IMG/VR virus record: IMGVR_UViG_3300021255_001460
Span: 1-64,000 of that record
DNA: 64,000 nucleotides
Direction: 5' to 3' (one strand)
Source: a virus
Lineage: Duplodnaviria; Caudoviricetes
Part shown: one piece after another, positions 42,091 to 49,339 of the stretch
Position numbering within the stretch: position 1 is the first letter of the stretch
Layout: the number at the start of each line of letters is the position of its first letter
Notes under the pieces: model-generated
What the model was told of the DNA's origin: nothing
Databases searched by the model: none
What the model saw: the letters and a program-made list of their open reading frames with translations, nothing else
Translations under genes and position numbers: made by a program

Positions 42091-43257
42091 ATGCAAAAAC
42101 TCAATGATTATACTGGGGTCGAGATGAACCTTGAAAACTGCAAAGCGGATACAGACAAGGGGGCTATCTCTATGGCGACAGCGAGAATCCGGTTACCCAT
42201 TACACTACCAATTGTCGGCAAAGTATGGATGACAGGCCGCACATATCAGGAAGCGGTGACAAACCTCATGGCGAAGTATGCGTGGCTTTATCCAGACAGC
42301 GCACCACCAGTAAGCGCAAAGTTCACAACGCCACAAACTCCCACAGTACGCGAGATGGGCGAACGATGGATTGCAGAAGATGTTGATCAGCGTGTGGGCG
42401 AAGCAAGACTGAGAAATTTGAGCCGCACACTATTGAACCATATCTATCCCATCATTGGAGAAACACATGTCGGGGATATTAAGTTCAGCGAGGCAAATCA
42501 GTTCTATATGCGTTTCAATGGATATGGCGTTGGTGTTGTCAGAAATATCAAAACCTGTATGAGAGGTATCTTTGACTTCTGTATTGATTGCGGCATAGTG
42601 GACGAGAATCCGTTCCGTAACGGACATTTGAAAGTCCGCAACGTTAAGCCTTGCGAGACACGCGAACCCATACCTGACCGCGATCTGATTGCCGCACTCA
42701 ATAAGTTAAACAACTTAAACTTCCAGCAACTTACCGCTTTTCTATTTGGCCTCTATGCTGGTCTTCGTTCTGGTGAGGTGTTCGCGCTACGATGGGAAGA
42801 TGTTCATCTTGAAACACCGGGCAAAGAATATGTGTCGATTAGCAAAACAACAGCCTATGACAGGAATCTTCATACGATCATAAAGTCACCGAAGACAAAG
42901 GCTGGTGTGCGAAATGTGCCACTTAACGCGACAATTGTTGAACATTTGAAAAAAGTTGACCCCTTAAACCGCTCTGGTTATATCCTACACAAGAGGGGCA
43001 ATACAGAATGTTATATAGCGAAGAACAGTGCCACACGTACATGTAAAATTGCGCTGTGTAATATTGGGCTTGGTCAGTACACATTCCACCAGTTGCGGCA
43101 CACTTTTGCGACCAAGATGCAACCGCACACAGATGTCAAAACCTTGCAGTACCTTATGGGGCATAGCAGTGCGTCAATCACGTTGAACACCTATGCCGCA
43201 CTCGATGTGACCCAGTTGGAGAAGACAAGGGATGTACAATTCGTGTTTGCCAGTTGA
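42091..43257 (+). CDS. tyrosine integrase 2 (prophage-type, with N-terminal extension)
   Basis: GLRSGE, KTKAGVRNVP, HQLRH, MGH, LNTY; GGAGG RBS. Confidence 0.9.
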   Translation: MQKLNDYTGVEMNLENCKADTDKGAISMATARIRLPITLPIVGKVWMTGRTYQEAVTNLMAKYAWLYPDSAPPVSAKFTTPQTPTVREMGERWIAEDVDQRVGEARLRNLSRTLLNHIYPIIGETHVGDIKFSEANQFYMRFNGYGVGVVRNIKTCMRGIFDFCIDCGIVDENPFRNGHLKVRNVKPCETREPIPDRDLIAALNKLNNLNFQQLTAFLFGLYAGLRSGEVFALRWEDVHLETPGKEYVSISKTTAYDRNLHTIIKSPKTKAGVRNVPLNATIVEHLKKVDPLNRSGYILHKRGNTECYIAKNSATRTCKIALCNIGLGQYTFHQLRHTFATKMQPHTDVKTLQYLMGHSSASITLNTYAALDVTQLEKTRDVQFVFAS

Positions 43258-43420
43258 CAACTTTGTTGATGGTATATGGTGGCGAGAATCGTTGCGGCAG
43301 TAAGAGTTTCGGCGATTGGTAATGTACATGGTTGTTGACACAAAACTGGCATTTATGCATATATGCATATTTTATTGCATAAATATACAGTGTCAAACAA
43401 AAGTCAAATAATGTCAACAA
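43253..43420. other. attP-like region
   Basis: TTGACA 43254 and 43335, 16-bp palindrome TATGCATATATGCATA 43354-69, (T/A)GTCAA at 43391, 43402, 43412; directly 3' of integrase 2. Confidence 0.4.
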
Positions 43421-43633
43421 AGAAAAAGAACCGTTACAAACAAATAGATTTGAAAAGCATTGATCTTTCTTCACTTTGACCTTCAAATCAAAATTGTTGC
43501 ACTTTTCTACTGAAACAGATACATGTATAAATATACATAATATTTCCACGTATCCGCTTTGCATATTTCAAGGGGAAGACTTGTTTCAGCCAATGATTTC
43601 GTTAGTTGAACCAAGTCCTGCTCAAACAAAAAT

Positions 43634-43675
43634 AAGCCCTGTTAACAAGATTTATTTCTCGTTAACAGGGCTTTT
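43634..43675. terminator. 13-bp inverted repeat, terminator-like
   Basis: AAGCCCTGTTAAC/GTTAACAGGGCTT followed by TT. Confidence 0.55.
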
Positions 43676-43711
43676 GTTATTGTCAAAGATCTTATGTTAT
43701 TATAAATCTTC

Positions 43712-43740
43712 TTGACAATCTGTGCGTTAAACTTTATCAT
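43712..43740 (+). promoter_or_regulatory. sigmaA-type promoter of recombinase 3
   Basis: TTGACA-N17-TATCAT; the spacer contains TGCGTTAAAC. Confidence 0.75.
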
Positions 43741-43871
43741 AAAAAGAGCGTCAGCGTGTACCAGACGCTTGCGCTCTTATATGGTGAAAGATGTGGGGTA
43801 AGCACATCCAACACAAAGGGAATTGTAACACATCCTTTCACCAATATCAATATATGGGAGGATGTGTTTTT

Positions 43872-44870
43872 ATGTCCAATAATTCCGAATCTTTCCGCAA
43901 CGAATTGGTAACACGGCTGTTTGACCAGATTCCGCAGGAGCAACTCAAGAACGTGATCTCAATCCTTGACGCAACCATGAGTAGCTACGACATTACTCGC
44001 AAGCCTGTCGAACTGATTCCCGCCAACGGTCTTCCAGAAGTTGTGAAGTATTTTCTCGCCAGTAAAGCGGTGGAAAATCTCAGCCGCAAAACGTTGAAGA
44101 TCTACAAACTTCGCCTTGAAGATTTCTTCGCGACGGTACGCAAACCTTTTCAGGATATCCGCGCTAATGATATCAGGCTATACTTGTACTACTACAAAGA
44201 CCAGCGTCACGCATCAGATGCTTACCTTGACGACATCCGCAGAATCCTCAACTCGTTCTTTTCTTGGCTCGTCAATAACGAGTACCTGCTCAGAAACCCT
44301 TGTGCCACCGTTGACCGCATCAAGTATCAAACAAAAGAAAGAGAACCTTTAACCGCATATGAACTTGAAGTCCTGAGATGGAACTGTAAGAATGTGCGCG
44401 AAAAGGCTCTGGTAGATTTTCTGTATTCAACTGGTGTTCGTGTCAGTGAGTGTCATGATATCAACCTGTCAGACATTGATTGGGATAGACGGTCGGTCAT
44501 TATTCAACACGGTAAAGGCAACAAGCGCAGGACTGTTTTCTTCAATGCTGAGTCAGAGTTGTCGTTAAGGAAATACTTGGAGTCGCGGTCTGACGATAAC
44601 GATGCGCTGTTCGTTTCTATTCGTAATCCGCACAACAGATTATGTGTACGGGCATTGGAAAGCATTATTACGAAGGTTGCCGCCCGTTGTAATATGCATG
44701 TGTTCCCGCACAAACTTCGCCACACATTCGCAACCAGTGGACTTCATGGCGGCATCTCTCTGGAGAAGCTTCAGGCATTGATGGGTCACGCGAAGCCTGA
44801 GACTACGCTGATCTATGCAAAGCTTGATAGTATGGATCTCCAGAGAGAACACCAAAGAGTCTATGCTTAA
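43872..44870 (+). CDS. XerC/D-like tyrosine recombinase 3, candidate shufflon invertase
   Basis: TGVRVSE, GKGNKRR, HKLRH, MGH, TLIY; stop lies 28 bp before site C. Confidence 0.9.
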   Translation: MSNNSESFRNELVTRLFDQIPQEQLKNVISILDATMSSYDITRKPVELIPANGLPEVVKYFLASKAVENLSRKTLKIYKLRLEDFFATVRKPFQDIRANDIRLYLYYYKDQRHASDAYLDDIRRILNSFFSWLVNNEYLLRNPCATVDRIKYQTKEREPLTAYELEVLRWNCKNVREKALVDFLYSTGVRVSECHDINLSDIDWDRRSVIIQHGKGNKRRTVFFNAESELSLRKYLESRSDDNDALFVSIRNPHNRLCVRALESIITKVAARCNMHVFPHKLRHTFATSGLHGGISLEKLQALMGHAKPETTLIYAKLDSMDLQREHQRVYA

Positions 44871-44898
44871 TTGCTTTATTTTTGGCGGTTTGGTCTTG

Positions 44899-44911
44899 CG
44901 TTAAACAGCAA
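44899..44911 (+). repeat. shufflon recombination site C
   Basis: CGTTAAACAGCAA. Confidence 0.8.
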
Positions 44912-45155
44912 TATTCAGACGATGCAAAACAACCAAATCAAATATATGGATATAACAGATACTACACCGGTAAATGTCAACTCGAAAAGTGGGCAAGTTA
45001 TAACCATCAATAATTTTATCGGTTACGCCGCACTAACTAACGGGGTATTGCCCATGCCTTATACGAACAGCGGTGTCCAATACATTAAACTTGTAAACTA
45101 CAACGACCTATCCGCTTTTTCCGGGTCGGCAACTATACGAGTTTGGTATAGATAA
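44901..45155 (+). other. silent cassette C (LNSNIQTMQNNQ...RVWYR*)
   Basis: Frame starts at site C with no convincing RBS/start upstream. Confidence 0.72.
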
Positions 45156-45162
45156 TCAGCAA

Positions 45163-45269
45163 TTAAGCGGGTGAGGATTTGCACCTCACAACTGTCGCTC
45201 CATTGGGGTCTTATCGACAATTTCCCCCAGCGCTTTCGGAGTGCGTCTACCTATTCCGCCACCGCTCAA
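45163..45269 (-). ncRNA. tRNA-like RNA 2 (same family as 16362..16458)
   Basis: TTGAGCGG/CCGCTTAA acceptor, TGGCGGAATAGGTAGACGC D-arm, GTGAGG-TGCAAAT-CCTCAC T-arm. Confidence 0.68.
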
Positions 45270-45281
45270 TTCATTATACAA

Positions 45282-45695
45282 TCATTTAATCGCCAGAATC
45301 TTATACGGAATCATTTTTGTGTTGTCCGTTGCACTACCGCTAGTGGATGTATGAGCGTAACAATCCCCAAAGATAATGTTATTACTATCTGGACGAACCA
45401 CAACTTCCCGGGTAACGATGGCAAACGAACCAGCCGAATTCGACATTATCGCCAAATCACGCTCATACGAATACGGTACTAGATGACTTGTACCCAGTGT
45501 GGCACTCGTGTTGTAGCGGAAATAGATAACAACCATACGAACCCCGGTCATGTTCACAGTAAGCGTTTGACCCCCAAAGGACTGTGAGGGGCTTGGGTTC
45601 GTCCAAATTGTTTCAAAACGATTCGCAAGCTTGCTGTTTAACGCTTCAACATCTGCCGCCAATTTTGTCTGTGATCCTGCTACCTGATTAGCCAT
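45282..45695 (-). CDS. expressed variable fibre-tip/receptor-binding module D (17-aa leader plus cassette)
   Basis: AGGAGG RBS; MANQVAGSQTKLAADVEA-LNSK...IWTNPSPSQSF...IPYKILAIK. Confidence 0.75.
   Translation of the reverse strand: MANQVAGSQTKLAADVEALNSKLANRFETIWTNPSPSQSFGGQTLTVNMTGVRMVVIYFRYNTSATLGTSHLVPYSYERDLAIMSNSAGSFAIVTREVVVRPDSNNIIFGDCYAHTSTSGSATDNTKMIPYKILAIK
45631..45643 (-). repeat. shufflon recombination site D
   Basis: TTGCTGTTTAACG on +. Confidence 0.8.
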
Positions 45696-46068
45696 TTGCC
45701 TCATCCTCCTTATCAACACCAAGCATTACATTTTCTGTCGCGGCCTCTTCCTTCAGTCCAATCGCAATCTGGTCGAGGTTCATGTTGTACCAAGCCGCCT
45801 CAAGTGCTTCAACGATCTGTTCTTCATCCAGCTTGATACCCTTGCTCTTCATCATGGCAATAGCGCGGGTAAGCTTTTCGTGTCCGCTCAGTGTCTTGTA
45901 CAGAACCTCAACACTGCGAACCACATCATGTGCGGTTGTAGTGAGATGCTCTTCCTCAAGCCACGGGATCAGGTATGTTTTAACCGCCCACGATCCAATC
46001 AAACTTACAAGCGAAATAATCGCGAGGAATAATTCATTCCAAGGAAACGTATTCATAATTCCTATCAT
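45688..46068 (-). CDS. phage holin (LL-H-like)
   Basis: N-terminal TM helix; G.EKL..AI...G.......I...EAA. Confidence 0.7.
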   Translation of the reverse strand: MIGIMNTFPWNELFLAIISLVSLIGSWAVKTYLIPWLEEEHLTTTAHDVVRSVEVLYKTLSGHEKLTRAIAMMKSKGIKLDEEQIVEALEAAWYNMNLDQIAIGLKEEAATENVMLGVDKEDEANG

Positions 46069-46079
46069 CCTTTCTGGCC

Positions 46080-46511
46080 TTACATATCAATAGGGGCTTC
46101 GTGTAGCTTTTCCACAAAGTCCGTTGGTACATGATTATGTCGTCCGCACTTCACGTACTGTTCGTACATGCGCTCGAGCGAACTTCTCGTATCCAGTGAT
46201 ATTGGGTTCTTCTTAACACCATAGTGGACGTATGCCCAAGTCAATTTTTCGTTCTGTAGCGTAGCTGTCTGCTCGTCGGTCTGTGCCAGCCGCCCATCAA
46301 TCTCATCAAGCCGCTGAACAATCTTGTCAATCTTCTCATCAATCGATTCAATGCGTCGCTGTGCTTCAAGCTTGCGCTCTGCTCTTTTTAACACCCAGTC
46401 ATGAACGGCCTCAAACGTTTTAACAGCGCCAACGACTACGCCAATCTAGGCAATTACTCCTACGAAAGCACCCCACCCAGAAGTGAGCCACTTAACTGCT
46501 TCCTCTCCCAT
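46080..46511 (-). CDS. holin-like membrane protein, 143 aa, in-frame TAG at codon 22 (46446-48)
   Basis: MGEEAVKWLTSGWGAFVGVIA*IGVVVGAVK (TM helix) continues into ORF 46080..46394; LERMYEQYVKCG.N. Confidence 0.75.
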
Positions 46512-46533
46512 TGGTGTCACCCTACCTTATCTT

Positions 46534-47391
46534 TTAAATTGCCGCTTGTAATGCTTTCAGTAGTGCGGCGGCTACTGGTCTGTCGAGTTCGAGGATTACC
46601 TTCTGTCCAAGGATCTCCTCGTCGGCTGAAACAATGTCGGGTTCTGGATCTTCAGCAGGATTCATAGTTTCCACTTCTTCCAGATACTCGCTCATGACAT
46701 ATCCGGTCTTACCGTCGTACTCAACAAACGACCACATAGAGTTGTGCGGTGTGGCGGTTACAATTTCGCCAGCATTGATCTTTGTCACACGGTCGGCTTT
46801 CTTGTCAGGCTTCACACGCATATTGACATAGCCGCCATTCGGTGTAGTCACTTTCATAAACATCATCTGTTCGTCCGCTTCTTCAACAGGAGCGTCATTA
46901 AATGCTTCGGGAATACCCACTCTGTTCCATCCCCCATTCTTTATAGTCTTGCCAGCAAACTTGGATTCGGCTACGCAACCCCGCGAAGAGGATGCATGAA
47001 CCGCGCCAAGCCCCTGACCTGTGTAAACCCCAACGTGGCTTGCGTTGCCCTCATTGTCGTTGTAGCCTCTGACTTTCTCGCCGCCATCATCTTTCACAAT
47101 GAATAGCCAAGCCCCCACTGGGATCTTTCCAAACTTTGCTTTACACTCTTCCGGTGTGCCTTTCCAAGACAGAGCGTGTCGCCACATGTCGTTTGAGCCG
47201 CGATAATTGTGCGGCTTGCCGATCTGACGCAAACACCACTCGATCAGTCCTTGGCAGTCCATTCCAGTAAGTGAACTGCCGTTATTGACGTAAGGGATTA
47301 TGCCGTCGCGGTTGCCACCATGAGCCGCAACAAAGCTTGGGTCAACCAGATTCATAGCAAAGGCGGCGAACCGTTCGTTAATAGCATCCAT
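46534..47391 (-). CDS. endolysin: NlpC/P60-like peptidase plus SH3b
   Basis: DCQGLI, SHVGVYTG, VHASS; VNMRVKP...WSFVEYDGKTGYVMSEYL. Confidence 0.85.
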   Translation of the reverse strand: MDAINERFAAFAMNLVDPSFVAAHGGNRDGIIPYVNNGSSLTGMDCQGLIEWCLRQIGKPHNYRGSNDMWRHALSWKGTPEECKAKFGKIPVGAWLFIVKDDGGEKVRGYNDNEGNASHVGVYTGQGLGAVHASSSRGCVAESKFAGKTIKNGGWNRVGIPEAFNDAPVEEADEQMMFMKVTTPNGGYVNMRVKPDKKADRVTKINAGEIVTATPHNSMWSFVEYDGKTGYVMSEYLEEVETMNPAEDPEPDIVSADEEILGQKVILELDRPVAAALLKALQAAI

Positions 47392-47397
47392 TGGTTA

Positions 47398-48531
47398 TCA
47401 CCTCTTGCGGCACATCAACTGTCCACTATAGATATAAATCTCATATGGTGTGTTGGTGGCCTCGTCGCGGATTACAATGCCTGTGTCACCATTGATCAGG
47501 ATGCCAGCGGGAGCAATCTCGTTGTCCTTGCCCACAGCCAGAACCTTCTCAACATTTCCATCAGCGGCAGTGGTCGAAAGCTTGCATTCCATCAGGTAGT
47601 CGAGCCGCTGGTTGATCTCTTCGTAGAGCGCATCAATACGTGCCTGAATTGCCGCCGCCTGAGAGTTTGCCAGCAGTTCTTCGAGTGCGGTAATCCCCTC
47701 TTCGATTGCCAGAAGCCGCTCCTCATACTCCGCAAGGGAACTCATATCGATGTGGTGGTCGATCAGAACTTCCCAGTGTTCTGTGTCTGCATCAGGGGCT
47801 AACGCTTCATCCTCTTCGCCAACACCAGCAACCGCCGCTTTGCATAGGTACGTAATTGCATCATAGTCAGCCAGATCAAGTTCTTCATAGCTGGTAGTCT
47901 TGTTCCACTCACCCGTATATCTTGGGCGAACTCTTCCAGCCACCTGAGTCTCGCCGCCATCAACTGTGTACTCAAGCTGTCCGTCAGCAACGCTCAGTTC
48001 CAGATCAACGTGCGGTTCTGGGAAGGTAAAGTCGAACGAAGTTGTGTCGCCGCCAATCGTGTTCGCCGCCACGCCCAATTCATCGCCAGTCTGTGCGGTT
48101 GCCTCGATATTTGTAAGCTTTGCAATCTTGTCGAGCAATTCCTGTGCGGTTGCGATCAGCTGACCAATCGCGGTTTCCTCTTCCTGCGTACTCTCATAGC
48201 TGACTGGTTTGCTCCGCGCCACAACTGGCAACCGGATCTCATAGTAGACGGTCACGCCTTCATTGTCGGTTACCTCGAGGTACACAAATACTTGCTTGCC
48301 GCGAATCAAAACCACATCAGGTACTGTGATCAGAATATTCGGGGGATCAACAGTAACGGCGGCTGGTACTGCGGCTTGCTGTCCGTCAAAAGCGGCTTGG
48401 GCGCTATAAATCATATCGCTTGGAATGCCGCTCAAACTGATCTGCACACCTGTATCCCACTGATATGCGGAAGTCGAACAGGTGGCGACCGTTTCGCCAT
48501 TCTCCATGATGGCGTATATTTTCTTAGCCAT
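47398..48531 (-). CDS. BppU-like baseplate/fibre protein
   Basis: YQWDTGVQI, VPDV, IRLPVVARSKP; carbohydrate-binding-like W..TTSYEELD..Y segment. Confidence 0.65.
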   Translation of the reverse strand: MAKKIYAIMENGETVATCSTSAYQWDTGVQISLSGIPSDMIYSAQAAFDGQQAAVPAAVTVDPPNILITVPDVVLIRGKQVFVYLEVTDNEGVTVYYEIRLPVVARSKPVSYESTQEEETAIGQLIATAQELLDKIAKLTNIEATAQTGDELGVAANTIGGDTTSFDFTFPEPHVDLELSVADGQLEYTVDGGETQVAGRVRPRYTGEWNKTTSYEELDLADYDAITYLCKAAVAGVGEEDEALAPDADTEHWEVLIDHHIDMSSLAEYEERLLAIEEGITALEELLANSQAAAIQARIDALYEEINQRLDYLMECKLSTTAADGNVEKVLAVGKDNEIAPAGILINGDTGIVIRDEATNTPYEIYIYSGQLMCRKR

Positions 48532-48544
48532 AGGTATCACCTCA

Positions 48545-48910
48545 TTAAAGCGCATTCTGTGGCGGCTTTGCGTGTCGGATCACGGGTATCCTGATTTGTC
48601 GCACAGTCTTCCACTGCTTCTCGCCCACTGGGTCAAAGATGTAGCACAAAACATCAATGGCGGTCTGAAACAAGCTGTCCGGGATTGCAAACTTCAAAGT
48701 GCCGTCAGCCGCAACAGTTACGTTCTCAACCTCAAATGTTCCGTACACACCAACATTCGCTTTGGTAATGTGGGCAACGTATCTTGTCTGCGGCGCTGGA
48801 ACTCCGGTCAGTTCCATCCTGACTCCGTTCTGCCACTGATAAACGGGAGCAGAGATCGCGAAGAAATCTACTCCCGTTTCAAGGTTTGTCATATCAAGTT
48901 TTAACGTCAT
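48545..48910 (-). CDS. stand-alone BppU N-terminal-like protein
   Basis: YQWQNGVRM, IPDSL, IRIPVIRHAKP. Confidence 0.6.
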   Translation of the reverse strand: MTLKLDMTNLETGVDFFAISAPVYQWQNGVRMELTGVPAPQTRYVAHITKANVGVYGTFEVENVTVAADGTLKFAIPDSLFQTAIDVLCYIFDPVGEKQWKTVRQIRIPVIRHAKPPQNAL

Positions 48911-49329
48911 TCGGCATCAACTGCCTTTGCTTCATGTTCCTTGTTGTAATTATCCAAGTACTGACCGATTGCGTTCAGGTCGTTATCAATTGCGGAAACA
49001 ATGCGACAGCTCTGAGTCCCGATTACTGTCAACTGTCCAAGCGTCTGAAGAATTGCAATGATTCCTTTTACACAATCTTTGATAGAATTAAATCCCTGTT
49101 CCATAATCCTTGCTCCTTTATGTTAATCCTCAAATGTCTCAGCAATAGACTGACCAAAATTCAGAAAGTCTTGAGCCATCTTAACCTCAGAGTCTTTGGT
49201 TAGCACAATGTTCTTTTTGATATTTGATTTCACAATACTACGTGTCGCCTCATCAATAACATTGTACGTAATTGCAACACGCATACCAGTAGGATCATTC
49301 CATGTAGTCATCGCAACTACTTTATTCAT
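48907..49329 (-). other. two small hypothetical CDS in the tail operon (48907-49104, 49123-49329)
   Basis: AAGGAG/GAGGT RBSs; packed. Confidence 0.6.
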
Positions 49330-49339
49330 AATATCAACC

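Noticed and set aside
16362-45269. tRNA-like RNAs as the amber suppressor
   Set aside because: Neither middle region contains CTA or a canonical 7-nt U33 anticodon loop, so no suppressor tRNA is seen in this window
14895-45695. Diversity-generating retroelement behind the variable tips
   Set aside because: No reverse transcriptase and no TR/VR pair with adenine-specific differences; the cassettes share only the 13-bp site
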